DNA of 64,000 nucleotides from an uncultured virus (IMG/VR IMGVR_UViG_3300025922_000012) (IMGVR_UViG_3300025922_000012); one strand, 5' to 3'; positions 37,699-49,484 are shown, numbered from the stretch's first letter. Numbers and translations are program-made. The notes: generated by a model from the letters alone, not told the origin.

Positions 37699-38459
37699 TC
37701 CGGCGCTCCTTCCCACTTCCGCTGATCGTTCGGGATCGTTCCCGTGTCGGAACTGAAAGTCGCCATGTAGCGGCTCTTGTCCCACGCACGCGCCAGTCCG
37801 TACGTGACGAAGTTACCTGGACGCCTGATCCCGCCCGCATCTACAAACCCATCATTCATCTGGGTCACGGAGTAGCCGTCTGGGGACCAAATATCGTGCG
37901 TGAGTGCGCCGCTGGACGGCGGAGGAATCGACACCGATCCGCCGCCGCCTGTGATTTCTGGGGATCGGCTGTTTAGGAGAATGACCCGATTCATCGCCTT
38001 GTCGGCGTCCGATCCGATGAACAACGGATCCGCGAGATGGAGCGTAAACTCTCCGCCAGCCTTCGCCGGAAACTGCTCGTCCTGCTTCCCTTGCATCAAG
38101 ACGACTTCGGTTTGTTTCAAATCGAGGATCGACAACGGGCTATTAGGTCCGGCGATCAGCGATCCCGTGATGGCATCCGTCGCCGTCCGCACCGTCCGAG
38201 TGAGCGAAGTCAACACGGCGCGCGTGATGTCCACGATATTGATCCCGATATTCCACGACAGTTTCCCAAGACCGCCCCTGATCGAACAGAACCGGATCCC
38301 TGGCGGATCATCTACCGTGGACACCAGCGTGATTTCGTTGGCGTGGAAGAGAACCGCTCCCCACGGCAGCTCGATGATGAAGGGGTGACCCGCCGATACC
38401 ACGACGCGCTTGACGTGCAGTTCGTCGGCGAAACAGCGTTCAAAGGATCCGTCAGGCAT
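37695..38459 (-). CDS. Hypothetical beta-rich protein
   Basis: 254 aa coupled ORF. Confidence 0.55.
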   Translation of the reverse strand: MPDGSFERCFADELHVKRVVVSAGHPFIIELPWGAVLFHANEITLVSTVDDPPGIRFCSIRGGLGKLSWNIGINIVDITRAVLTSLTRTVRTATDAITGSLIAGPNSPLSILDLKQTEVVLMQGKQDEQFPAKAGGEFTLHLADPLFIGSDADKAMNRVILLNSRSPEITGGGGSVSIPPPSSGALTHDIWSPDGYSVTQMNDGFVDAGGIRRPGNFVTYGLARAWDKSRYMATFSSDTGTIPNDQRKWEGAPE

Positions 38460-40826
38460 TTACTTTCTCGCTTTCGGATGGTAGCCGGAGACAACGCCGG
38501 TTTCTCTCGCTTCCAAGCGTTCCGAGATCGCGTTGGCAAGATCCTCAGAGTTTTGAGCGATGTGATCGAACGACATCTGACCTTTCTTGACCAATTCCAG
38601 CGCAATGCGCTCCGTGAGATTCCGACGAAAAAAGATCAGGCTTTCCGCGAGTTGTTCTTTTGTGAGCAGTTGGTCCATATGGATCCTTTACGTGGTGACG
38701 CCGGTTGGACTCATGGAGATCGGCTGCTTGCCCATCTTGACATCCGAGCGCCTCTGGGCTTCAGCCGACAATTGATCCCTTGACAACCCCATCCACCACG
38801 AAGTCAATTCCGAAGTCGGTTTCTTTTCTTTGGATCGCTCGCGCTGAGCTTCTCGTTGCGGATTGATCGTGAAGTGAGACGCCGCCTTCGGCTTTCCTGG
38901 ATTCTGCCGGCGACAGCCCTTGCACCGCTCGCAGCGTTGCTTCAGATCCGTAGGGGTCAACAGGCGCGGGCAATCCTTGCAGCGTTTAGTCGCCTTCATC
39001 TTCGCTCCAGTCGTATAGATGATCTTCGTCCTCATCATCGAAGTCGTCATCGGCAAACGCGCAATCCCAAGCGTGTTGTTCGGTGAAGAGATCGCAGCCG
39101 CAGTCGCTGCACACTGGATCCGTTTCGTCGAAGTCTTCCTCGTCCAGTTCGTCTTCGTCGAAGTCGCCTCTCATACGCCTGCGCCTTCCCGCGCTTTCCG
39201 GTAAGCCTCGGATCGATCCTTGATGAACTGCGGATGATCGAAATGCACGTTGCTCATCCCTTTCTCTCCAAGGATCGCTTCCACGGCCGCATTGAATCCA
39301 GAGTTGAATGATTCCTCATCGAACGACTGAAGGAACATCTCCGCCTTGAAGCGGCCGACTTCCGTAAATCCGTTCGGCCAATCCGGCCCATGCGGGAACA
39401 GATCCGTTTCCAGTTTGGCGGCAGCGGCGGCGATGAAGTCAGACGGGCGCGGCATCTACCGATCCTCCACCTTGAGCGTTAACGTCGCCCGCACCGGAAA
39501 GGCATGCGTCTTTTTCCATACGTCTTGCCGACAGAACGCGCGGGCTTCATGGCGCGTCTTGAACCAACAATTCCCGATAAGGCCTTCGGCGAAGGCTACA
39601 AAGGATCCCTTGCGACCGGAGTTTTTGGCGTAGCGGATTCGCACGCTCCAGCCCCGCTTGCGGATGATCGTCGGCATCTATTCTCCTCGCTGCACGGTGA
39701 CGGATCCGGCCACGATTCCGTCCTTGTGCATCAACGCATCCCCAAGCGCGTACTGACACTCCGTGATCTTCTTGCCTTCGATCCGACCACTTGGAATCGT
39801 GCGGCGCAGGGCTTCGCGGAGTAACCACTCGGAATCGATCTCCGCCGTCACGGTAAAGGTGATCCGCATCAGCCGATCCACTCCGACAGCCGCTTGGTTT
39901 CAAAATCGCGTTGCCGCTGAAAGAACACCGCCAAGCCAGTCCACCCACACGAGCACTGGTAGGGCACTGGCATGATGGATCCCTTGGCGACCGTGCAATC
40001 GAGGTAAAGCCCACAACTCGGACAGAGCGGCGTGAGTTGCTGGATCGCGTATTCGATGTAGGGCGGCATTAGGATCGATCCTTCGGCGAAGCAGTCCATT
40101 TTAACTGCGCGAGACGCACGACTTCTCGCTGTCCATCCTTAAGGCTCATTCGTCCGTTCTGAACAGCATCTCGGATATTAGAGACGGCGGCGACCAATCC
40201 TTCGGCGGGCACAACCTCACCGGCAACGGTCACGTCGATCTTCGTCGGATCCACGGTTGGCTCCACGCTCAATCCGATCCCGTGCATGTCGATCACCTCC
40301 GTAGGTTCCCCTTCGTGCGTGTGGAACGCCTGCGAATACCCCGCCGCTTCGAGCTTCGTTCGGATCTCCTCGTAGGTGGATCGGCTGACGTGCAGGATCG
40401 CGTAGGTGTAGGTCATCAGGATCGATCCTCTATAGCCTCGTAAATATCATCGATCTCATCGAGCGCCGCTTGTGCCTTTTTCAACTCACGGCGGATAGTT
40501 GCCGGAGGCGCGTCGGATCCATACGAGACGAGATTTTCGGCGGCGGTTAACAGTTCGTAGAAATGCGGCAGGGGATCGGCTTTGAGTTTGAGCGGCATCA
40601 GAACACCGGCTCCTTCGGCGGCGGATCAGTCTTCATAGGATCCCACCTCAAACAGCGTCGTCTGCAACTGCGGCACATCCTGACAGAGCTGCTTCCAAGT
40701 TTCCAGTTTGAAAATCACCACCGACTCCACGCTGGATCCCATGTTCCCGACGACCGGCGATCCGGTTTTCCGGAACGGACAGAGCATCGCCCAAATGCGG
40801 TACTTGGGCGGTTCAGGATCGCTCAC
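38460..40826 (-). other. Run of about nine small coupled hypothetical genes (38460-38678, 38688-~39000, 38986-39174, 39171-39455, 39456-39677, 39678-~39869, 39869-~40068, 40069-40416, 40416-40598, 40626-40826)
   Basis: Abutting or overlapping start/stop codons; several CxxC motifs. Confidence 0.55.
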
Positions 40827-41074
40827 GGTAGCAGGCTCCTCACCGAGCAGTTGTAGAGAACAGCCGCGTTGTAGATGTGATCGAGCAAGACCCGCGTCGG
40901 ATACGCGCCTTCGATATTCGCCAGATTTGTCCGAGACATCCCGAGTGCCAGCGCCGCTTCGAGGCCCGTCAGACCAGCCTTGTTCCGTGCGGCCTTCATC
41001 CGTCGCCCAATTTCCTTATACAAGGCGCGTTCATCGACGGCGTAGCGCCGAATCACCTTCATCTTGATGCCCAT
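40823..41074 (-). CDS. XRE-family HTH transcriptional regulator
   Basis: IGRRMKAARNKAGLTGLEAALALGMSRTNLANIEG. Confidence 0.85.
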   Translation of the reverse strand: MGIKMKVIRRYAVDERALYKEIGRRMKAARNKAGLTGLEAALALGMSRTNLANIEGAYPTRVLLDHIYNAAVLYNCSVRSLLP

Positions 41075-41742
41075 CAGAACAGATCCTCCGGCTCCACGAA
41101 CTCGTGACACGTCCCGACGCACCGATCGCACCGACCCTTGTCGTTCGCGTGGATCCGCCGCGCATGCCCGCACCTGAGCCGCCCACAGAGCATCGACAAC
41201 CACTCCTGCGATCCCACCTTCGGTTTTCCTGGCTTCAAGATGAACGGCGACCGAATCGGCTGCTTCAGATCCTCCGCAGTCGGCGGCTTCACCGGCCGCG
41301 ACAGCACTTCCGCCGTCACGTCGTTCATCTGCTGGATCGCTTCGTCCATCTCCGGAGACAACGTGCGGGGTTGCCCCAGATACTCCGACCGGCTCGTCAA
41401 CGGGAAGTCCTCGCTCGTCCCAATAGCTTCTGGAATCCCGTGCAGCGGATCCGCTGTTCGTGTAGACGCCTGCGGTTTCCCAGCGGCCCCACGGCGCGCG
41501 GCTTTCACCTGCTCCGCACCGGCCAACGCAGGCGTCTGCACCAGTAACGGATCCTCATCCCCCGGCACCGGCACGGCCCCTTCGTTTTTTTTCACGACGG
41601 ATCCCTCCGGCTTCAGTGATTCCACCACCCGCAGATACTGCGCCGTCGCCCTATCAATCAAGACCGCCAGCGTCAGCCCCGTCTCCGCCGACCGCATCTT
41701 TAGACGCTTCCACGTCTCCTCACTCACCTGAACCGTCTTCAC
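41074..41742 (-). CDS. Ribbon-helix-helix protein with C-terminal Cys/His cluster
   Basis: MKTVQVSEETWKRLKMRSAETGLTLAVLIDRA; CGH..H..C..C..C. Confidence 0.65.
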   Translation of the reverse strand: MKTVQVSEETWKRLKMRSAETGLTLAVLIDRATAQYLRVVESLKPEGSVVKKNEGAVPVPGDEDPLLVQTPALAGAEQVKAARRGAAGKPQASTRTADPLHGIPEAIGTSEDFPLTSRSEYLGQPRTLSPEMDEAIQQMNDVTAEVLSRPVKPPTAEDLKQPIRSPFILKPGKPKVGSQEWLSMLCGRLRCGHARRIHANDKGRCDRCVGTCHEFVEPEDLF

Positions 41743-41749
41743 ATCGCGC

Positions 41750-41779
41750 ACTCTACAGAACTACAAACCTACAAGTCAA
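41750..41779 (-). promoter_or_regulatory. Sigma70-like promoter overlapped by TACA repeats
   Basis: TTGACT-N18-TAGAGT, 7 nt before GTG at 41742. Confidence 0.55.
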
Positions 41780-42126
41780 CAGAAAAGTAGAACTACAAGA
41801 AAATAAAAATACAGAATTACAAACCGCCAAAAACAGATCGCTCTGACCGGATCCCGCTTACGACGCGATGCCGGCGCTTGGCCCTTAGACAACTACGGGC
41901 CTTCGCCTACCTTTCGACGTCAGATCCTTGACTGAGGTAGGCCTTTCGCCGTCGTGGGGTTGACGGTGGCCTAAGTGACTGACAGACCTGGCTTTGCCAT
42001 GTATTGTCACGCGAATGTCGCACAATGGCACGTCAACAGCCTGACAGCGGGACTAGCCTACCGTGCTGGAACATTGGGATATATGTGTATATCCTATGTG
42101 GCAATACGCTTGCTTGTTAACTCCGC

Positions 42127-42300
42127 ATGAACACACACTCTTCGCTCGAAGCCACACTAGATGCTATCGCTATCTTGGAGCGCGCGTATAGCGATCTTCT
42201 ATCCACGCCTGACTCGCATAGCGTGGTGAGACAGATTCTCTTGCGCGCGAAGGATCGTCTGTCGTCGCAAGCGCGGGCGATGCTGACTGGCGGTATCTGA
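42127..42300 (+). CDS. Early hypothetical protein
   Basis: MNTHSSLEATLDAIAILERAYSDLL..., 57 aa helical. Confidence 0.4.
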   Translation: MNTHSSLEATLDAIAILERAYSDLLSTPDSHSVVRQILLRAKDRLSSQARAMLTGGI

Positions 42301-42450
42301 TTCGCCGTAGCCTGTAGTCGGGGTGACACTTTTTGTTACCTTCGATTTTAGTCAAGTAGGTAAGAGTTACACGGTATGACCGCAACCACGCAGAGCACAA
42401 GGCGCAAGGCCTTCACTCTCACCACGTTTACTACGCTTAGGGGGGATCTG

Positions 42451-43864
42451 ATGTTGACCATACGGAACACTGCGAACGGACGCCAAACCGATTATTCCCG
42501 CCAGTCACTACAGACTGAGGCCAAACACGCCGCTAAGTTTGCGCCCGAATCAGACGGCAAGCTGCGCGCATGGTCGATCCTTGTCATTGGATCGGCAGTC
42601 GCACTGCGCGCCGATTACCTCAGCGTAACAGGTGAACCGAGGACGGTTCACGTAGCTCTGTAGGGCCATTCCGTGACACCTTACGAACCGTCCGAATATG
42701 ACCGCGTGTTCAATGACGCGCGCAAGGCGCAAGGCTTTCTGTCTCAGGCTCACTTAGACGCCTTTTTCGCCCACTACGATCACATGCGTAAGTGCAACGA
42801 TTGCAATGCGTTAGATGGATTTGTTCTGTTGGACGATGGTAAGCAACCCTATATGGGGGAATGCGCCATTGCCAAACGGCTCTATCTCGCCTATTTGGAG
42901 ATCCGCTGAATGGCATCTACTCGCAAGTTCACACCGGCCACCATGCGCCGCGCTTCGAGCCTGATCAAGTACCACAACGGCGACCTGAACGCCGCAGCGC
43001 ATGATCTCCGCATTGGGTTGCAGTCGATCCAACCCTATACGGATCGCGCGTCATCGGCCGTTCTGGACCTGATCCAATTCGTGAACGCCGGAACGCCGGA
43101 ACGTCAGGCAAGGCTCGTTGCTCAACTGCACACACTGGCGGCAACGCCGGAGGTACAACCCTAATGCTCACTTACTATCCAACAGGATCGCGCATCAGCG
43201 GAAACGGCTATTCCGCCGAAATGCTCAGGGATTCGCCCGCTGATACCGTCTACTACCGCAACCCCCATCTGTACGCCGTGCGACTGAGCTACGCGGGTCG
43301 TTCCGCCGTCGTACCGTGCGATCCGGATGGCCTGAATAGCTCCTACATCGTGGCTCAGGATCTCATGCGCGCATTCGTTGGTACGTTCCATTCCTGGAAT
43401 GTCGTACGCTCCCGCGCCGAATGGCTCGCGCGTTCACCCTTCCACGCGGTAATCGGGTAATGGCTCGCGCCTGTTGTCCGACATGCGGCCAAACCCTTAA
43501 AGCTGCCCGTTTGACCGTTCCGCGCAAACCCCAGAACGACGGACCGATCGATACGTCCGAATTGACGGACGCGCAACTGTTCGCCCACTACAAACGCACC
43601 GCGATTGCTTGGGATCTCGCGTTTTTTCTCAGGCTCGATATATCCCCAGCATTACGCGCGCACGCTGAATCCATCACCAAACCGACCGCAAAGGATATAT
43701 CCGCGCTCCGTACGCTCTGGCGGATCGAACGTCAAACGGCCGACATGGAGCGCGGGATCCCGTCGATTGGATCCCCCAGATGGGCGGAGTACCAGACCAT
43801 CCTTACATCCGCAGAGGATGATCAGGCGGTAACAGATGCGGAATACGAAGGGCTCGCCTCATGA
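42451..43864 (+). other. Five coupled early hypothetical genes (42451-42663, 42673-42909, 42910-43164, 43164-43460, 43460-43864)
   Basis: SD sequences and TAATG/ATGA coupling. Confidence 0.6.
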
Positions 43865-44247
43865 GAAGCGATCACTGGCTCGCCCTATCCGAGCACGTCT
43901 ACGCACTCGCGGCGGTACACCAGATCGCCGTGGTGGAGAAGGCGGGAACGACCGGCCGCGCATTCGGTAGGAATAGGAGCATTCGGATCGCACCGATCAA
44001 GGGTCCGGTGTCGTACGCGGTCGCGCTCCATGAACTAGGCCACCTGATCGCACCTGACGCTACCGGGCGCAAGCATTCCCGTCTACTCAAAGAGCTGCGC
44101 GCCTGGAAATGGGCCAAAGATAACGCGCGGGAATGGTCGGATCGAATGGATACCGCGATGCAAGACGCCTTGCGATCCTACCTGCACCGCGCCGAGCGTC
44201 ACCACTGGCCGATCCCACCTGAGATCTATCAATTGGTGGAAGTATGA
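43861..44247 (+). CDS. HExxH zincin-like protein
   Basis: VALHELGH followed by ELRAWKWA. Confidence 0.65.
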   Translation: MRSDHWLALSEHVYALAAVHQIAVVEKAGTTGRAFGRNRSIRIAPIKGPVSYAVALHELGHLIAPDATGRKHSRLLKELRAWKWAKDNAREWSDRMDTAMQDALRSYLHRAERHHWPIPPEIYQLVEV

Positions 44248-44333
44248 GGACATGGGATTACTGGCTCGTGTTCATTCTGGAATTGTCGGCGGGGCTGTTG
44301 ATCGCCTTGTCTATTAGCTAAAGGATTATACGA

Positions 44334-46575
44334 ATGACTAAGAACACGCCGATCTATGCTGGGGATCCCTACTCCGTTGTTGCTGGTCTGTCTCAGGCCG
44401 GCAGACTCGCGCAAGTGCTCGAAATACCTGCACCTGGATACATCACCCTTCGATGGAAAGATCAGCCGTACGGCACGATCACGCTTACGACGGATCAATT
44501 CTTCGAGATGTTCTCGCTGGAGATGGAACACAAATTCCAGCCGGGAACCGGGAAGTACCCGGCCTATCTCTATTGCGTCCAGTGTGGCGCAAGTGAAACC
44601 GATCACAGACTCTAAACGCTTATCTTGGAGGATCTAACAATGGGGTACACACGCGAACGGGACGAATTTATCGCCCGAATCTCTACCGAGGGTTTGCGCT
44701 TGGATCTGGCGCGCAAACTGTTGGCCGGCGCTACCACGCTGAACCGGATCGCGGAACTGTCATGTTCGAGCGAAGCCGCCGATCGGGATCGGGTACCGTG
44801 TCCTGGCGCAAAGTCCGGCAAGGACGAGGATTGTTGCTGCGACTACGGCGCGGCCGGGGATCCGACGATGCACCAAGACGTACCGCGTATCGACGTGCAG
44901 GAGATGAGGCTTAAGCGCCGGCTGCGCGCACTGATGCCGGACGGCTGGAAGATCCAGACGCAAGGCGATCCGCGTGGATACGTCCTGAAAGTCATTCCAC
45001 CGAGCTACAAAGAGCGGAACGCCAACCGGCCGGAGTACGACTTGGATGGGATCGGCGTGCCCAATGCGCCGTCAGGATTGCGGTTTTGAGAACACGCCGA
45101 TCACCGCGTAATCAGGATCGACTCTGGCGCGAATTGGGACAGATCCCAAAGGTCAAGCCGGTCAAACGTACGAAGTTGTGCAGCCGTGCAGAAGCACGAC
45201 GGCGCATTGTTTTCAACTGAAGGGGGATCAATGACACCACACACCAAACCGCCGTGGCGCGTTAGCGGCTGCGTCATGGAGCGCAAGGGATTCACCAACC
45301 CCATGATCGAATGCGAGGATTCACACGAACCGCTGATCGCTGAGATGTACGGGCAGGATCGATCCTTGGCAGAGAAGAAAGCAAACGCCTTGCTGATGGC
45401 GAAGGCTCCTGAACTGCTCGACACCTTGCGCTTGATCGTGCGCGAAGCGGGATATTGCCTTGAACAGACGGCGACGTTACGGGCTTTGGGGGATCGCGCT
45501 CGCGCGCTCCTTGCGGAGATTGAAGGGACGGAACCATGAACCCAACAAAAGGACCGTGGAGAGCCACGGCGTACCGTCAGCACCAATACGAGATCGAAAG
45601 CGAACAACAGACCGCGCAAGGCCCGAAGCCGATCCATGTCGCATTCGTCAGAATGACCGGCTTGGATTCGGATCCGGCAAACCTTCGCCTATTGGCCGCT
45701 GCTCCTGATCTACGTGCCGCCCTTGCACGCCTCGCGGATCGCGTGGAACAGATCGAATTACCAGATGGATCCACGCCAGACACGCTCGAAGCTCGCGCCC
45801 TACTCGCCAAGATCGACGGCGACGACGATACCGATTAATTCTTTTTTGCAGGAGCGCACACTATGAAAGTCACAACCGATCAGATCCTCACCGAAAAGAT
45901 TGACATCCACGTGGATAACTCCGGCCAGTTCTGGGCCGAGTTCAACGACATGCGGTACACCGCTGACACGCGGATGAAGCTCTTGGAGGATCTAAAGAAA
46001 GCCGTGAAAGCGGCCGAAGGCGAGAAAGCCGTACCCGTCACGCTGATCAATGTCAGCAAGAAGAAGGAATACAGCTACGGCGGATCCGCCTACTCGCAGG
46101 GGCGCGGGATCGTGCATTGCCGGGTCAGAGGCAAGCATGGGCGGGAATACAACACGTTCCTGTTCGTCACCGACGACGGCACGAAGTTCAAGCGATCCAC
46201 CCATGACGCCGGGGATCTCTGCCGGCGACTCTCCGAGTCCGAGATTGCCGAATACGAGCGTCTGACGAAGATCATCGACGCTGCGGAAGCCGACTTCAAT
46301 GGATGGCTCAAGGGCGTTACTATCTCCCCGTCCGAAGCGTTGAAACTGGACGAATGAGCGCCGAGCCTATCGACCTGGAGGATCTGATCGCCTTGCTCCG
46401 TTCATCCTGGACGGAACGCTACAGCCGGGGTCGGATCCTGCACGTGCACCGCAACGCGATCCGCACGCCGAAAGGCGGATTGATTCACTTACGGGTACTC
46501 GTCCAACAAATTGCCGAGGACGATCTTTCATTACAAGGGAGAAACGATGCCGAAGATCAAATACCAAGCGTGTAA
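44334..46575 (+). other. Early hypothetical genes (44334-44615, 44640-45089, 45231-45539, 45536-45838, 45863-46357, 46354-46575)
   Basis: SD-led ORFs; TKPPW/TKGPW..NA(L/R)L..AP(E/D)L motif in two; QGDPRGY motif in one. Confidence 0.6.
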
Positions 46576-47467
46576 CTTCCAAAAGGCCACGCTGGAGATC
46601 ATCGCCAAAGCGAACGAGATCATCGAGTCGTATCAGGATCAAGGATTCGATCTCACGCTCCGGCAGTTGTATTACCAGTTCGTCGCGCGGGACATCATCC
46701 GCAACAAGCAGAAGGAATACATGCGGCTGGCGTCGATCGTCAACGATGCGAGACTCGCCGGCCTGATCGATTGGGAAGCCATCGTAGACCGCACGCGCAA
46801 CCTTGCGGATCTCTCCCACTGGAACGATCCGAGCGACATCGTACAAGCCGTCGCCGAACAGTACCGCGTCGATCTCTGGTCAACGCAGAAGATGCGCGTG
46901 GAAGTTTGGATCGAGAAGGATGCGCTCGCCGGCATCTTGGAGTCGGTCTGCCCTGATCTCGACGTGCCGTACTTCTCCTGCCGTGGCTACACGTCGCAAT
47001 CGGAGATGTGGGGCGCGGCGATGCGGATCGTGAAGCGGGCCAAGAAGGGTCAGGCGACCACCATCCTGCATTTCGGCGATCACGATCCAAGTGGGATCGA
47101 CATGACGCGGGACATTGAGGATCGCCTCCGGCTGTTCTCGCGACATCACATCCCCGGTAAGCCGGTATTTGTGATCAAACGCCTCGCGCTGAACATGGAT
47201 CAGATCCAAGAGTACAACCCTCCCCCGAACCCGGCCAAAGTCACAGACAGCCGCTTTGAGGGCTACCAGCGGGAGCATGGCGACGAATCCTGGGAGCTTG
47301 ACGCCTTGGAGCCGTCCGTGCTGGCGGGGTTGATCTCAGAAGAGATCGAAGAACTAATCGACGCCGATGCGATGGACGAGCGCAAGGCCGAGCAGGAGCG
47401 ATCCCGCGAACGGCTACAGGCCGTGTCGGATCGGTGGGATGACGTCGTTAACTTCGTGGAAGAGTAA
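46547..47467 (+). CDS. Topo VI-A/Spo11/JetD-like winged-helix plus TOPRIM protein
   Basis: LTLRQLYYQ, VEVWIEKDAL, HFGDHDPSG, WELDAL. Confidence 0.8.
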   Translation: MPKIKYQACNFQKATLEIIAKANEIIESYQDQGFDLTLRQLYYQFVARDIIRNKQKEYMRLASIVNDARLAGLIDWEAIVDRTRNLADLSHWNDPSDIVQAVAEQYRVDLWSTQKMRVEVWIEKDALAGILESVCPDLDVPYFSCRGYTSQSEMWGAAMRIVKRAKKGQATTILHFGDHDPSGIDMTRDIEDRLRLFSRHHIPGKPVFVIKRLALNMDQIQEYNPPPNPAKVTDSRFEGYQREHGDESWELDALEPSVLAGLISEEIEELIDADAMDERKAEQERSRERLQAVSDRWDDVVNFVEE

Positions 47468-47486
47468 GCCGGGAGATAATACGCAT

Positions 47487-47792
47487 ATGGCTAGAGCCGC
47501 CGACGCCAAGACCTACCTGCTCAAAGGGATCCCAAAAGACGTCTACGAAGCCGCCCAGAAGAAAGCGGCCGAGAACCGCCCCCCGTTGTCGATGCGATGG
47601 GTGTTTATCAGCCTGTTGGAGAAATGGGTCGGGATGGCTCCACCACAAAAGGCGAGGGAGCCCAAGGCCGACACGCCCAAGGCTCCCAGAGCGCGTAAGG
47701 TAAAGCCGCCTACGGAGATCAACGACGAACAGATCCAGATCGAACAACCCCGTCAAGAAGTTGACGATCTGGATCTTACGTCAGTTTTTTGA
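47487..47792 (+). CDS. Ribbon-helix-helix-like regulator
   Basis: TYLLKGIPKDVYEAAQKKAA...SMRWVFISLLEKW. Confidence 0.6.
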   Translation: MARAADAKTYLLKGIPKDVYEAAQKKAAENRPPLSMRWVFISLLEKWVGMAPPQKAREPKADTPKAPRARKVKPPTEINDEQIQIEQPRQEVDDLDLTSVF

Positions 47793-47796
47793 CGGC

Positions 47797-48975
47797 CTAG
47801 AACGGCGCGGAGTCGTCGTCGATCAACGCGGGCTCGCTGGCTGGCGCAGGAACGACCGGGACGGCGGAAGGCTCAGACCCTTGCACCGGTTCCGGTTCGC
47901 TTGCCGTGGCCTCGCCTGACTCGCCGGCTGCGGGCTCTGCGCCTTGTGTGGGATCCGCCGCGCCGGCCGTCTCCATCGCCTTCTGGTCCTTCTCGCGCTT
48001 CTCCACGTCTGCGAACAACGGGAGATCGCTCGCATGGGTCGCTTGCCGGAGCCGGTTGGCTACCTGCTCCATGAGTTCGTCGTACTTGTCTTTCGCCGTC
48101 TTGGTGTAGCCCTTCAATTCCTCGTGCCGAGCGTGCGCCTTGAGCGCCTGATCGTTCAGCGCCGCCAGTTCCCCGAGCACCTTCTGAGATTCTTCAGGGG
48201 TCGGGAGTTCGATCTTGCCGGGATCGTAGTCCTTCAACGACGGCATCCCCTGCGAGGTGGATCCGTTGGGCTTGAACGTGGTTACGCGCGCCGCGCTCGC
48301 CGTTTCCGCTTCCTTCCGCCGAATCACGTCGCCCACGGTTTCCTTTTTCGATCCGCGCTTCTTCCTGGATCCGATGTCCGTCACGGTCGCCGCTCGCTTG
48401 CCCTTGACCGCCTTCGCCTTCTTCCCCTTGGGTTCCTTCTTCTTGCCGATGCGCCTCTTTGCCATCTGTTTCTCCTCGTCGGTTAACTCGTCCTGCCAAC
48501 TCCACGGCTCGTATCCGGGTAACTCGTTCGGGCCGTACAACAACAACGCGATGTCTTTAGGGTACCCAGCCTCGTGCCCTACGAACGCGATCCTTCCGTT
48601 CAGAAGGAGCACGCGCGCCTGCTTATCGACAAACTTCTTCCACCAATTCGATCCCGTCGCAGCCGGAACCAAGACGGCAATATCGGCTCCGTTCGTCGCT
48701 TCGTCGCAGGCTTTCGCAACCCACGGCGCAAGCCTTGAGTACGGCGGATTCAAAAAACTCCAGCCGTCGAACTTCCAACTGACCGATGGATCCAACGCAT
48801 CGTCGGCTTCGTTGTAGAAGCCTAAACAGATGGTGTTCTCGACGGATGCGGCCAGATCAAAAACAAAGTGATCGATCCCAAGTTTCCGACATGCCGCAAG
48901 GATGAACTCAGGCGGAGTTCCAACGCTCGACTCCGACAAGCCTGGACGTTGACGCGGCATTGTGCGCTTCGTCAT
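47797..48975 (-). CDS. Phage Dam-like N6-adenine methyltransferase fused to basic/coiled-coil C-terminal domain
   Basis: FDLAAS, FLNPPYS, LLNGRIAF motifs. Confidence 0.85.
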   Translation of the reverse strand: MTKRTMPRQRPGLSESSVGTPPEFILAACRKLGIDHFVFDLAASVENTICLGFYNEADDALDPSVSWKFDGWSFLNPPYSRLAPWVAKACDEATNGADIAVLVPAATGSNWWKKFVDKQARVLLLNGRIAFVGHEAGYPKDIALLLYGPNELPGYEPWSWQDELTDEEKQMAKRRIGKKKEPKGKKAKAVKGKRAATVTDIGSRKKRGSKKETVGDVIRRKEAETASAARVTTFKPNGSTSQGMPSLKDYDPGKIELPTPEESQKVLGELAALNDQALKAHARHEELKGYTKTAKDKYDELMEQVANRLRQATHASDLPLFADVEKREKDQKAMETAGAADPTQGAEPAAGESGEATASEPEPVQGSEPSAVPVVPAPASEPALIDDDSAPF

Positions 48976-49484
48976 ACGCACGCTCGCATCTTGTCCGCAA
49001 TCGCGCTCGCGCTACCGCGAACGTACTCTTTCCAGTGGATCCATTGACCCTCGTGCCAGAAACCCCACTCTCGCACCGCACGAAGGACGATAACGAGCGT
49101 CCAGCACGGCTTTCGATCTGGAAAAAGCGTCAATCGGTGAATGTGCTCGGCAGGGAACGTCCGAATCCACGGAGCGGTGAAATGGGCGATACGCAGCCCG
49201 CAGTCGTCAGGGTTTTCGCCGGCCGCAACGCAGACGCGGCATGGCGTGTATTCCAGATAGCGGCCTTTCAACCCGATGCTGATGAACCGCTTCGGATGAT
49301 CGTGGAGATCGCGGCTCCAGTCGTCCCCGACGAACTTGTGCAGGTAGATCCCGAACCCGCGCCAGAGCGCACGAGGCCAACGTGGTTGGAACAGCGTCCA
49401 CCGAAACAGATACGTCGGGCATCGCTCGCCGCCGTTGATCTCTTCGATCTTGAACAATCCAGTCAACAGTTGTTCGACTTTCAC
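48972..49484 (-). CDS. Cupin-like conserved phage protein
   Basis: YLHKF..DD..RDLHDHP...IHRL...REWGFW; AGGAG SD. Confidence 0.65.
   Translation of the reverse strand: MKVEQLLTGLFKIEEINGGERCPTYLFRWTLFQPRWPRALWRGFGIYLHKFVGDDWSRDLHDHPKRFISIGLKGRYLEYTPCRVCVAAGENPDDCGLRIAHFTAPWIRTFPAEHIHRLTLFPDRKPCWTLVIVLRAVREWGFWHEGQWIHWKEYVRGSASAIADKMRACV

Noticed and set aside
45090..45230. Riboswitch-like leader with two hairpins
   Set aside because: Does not match any consensus I can recognise; evidence too thin
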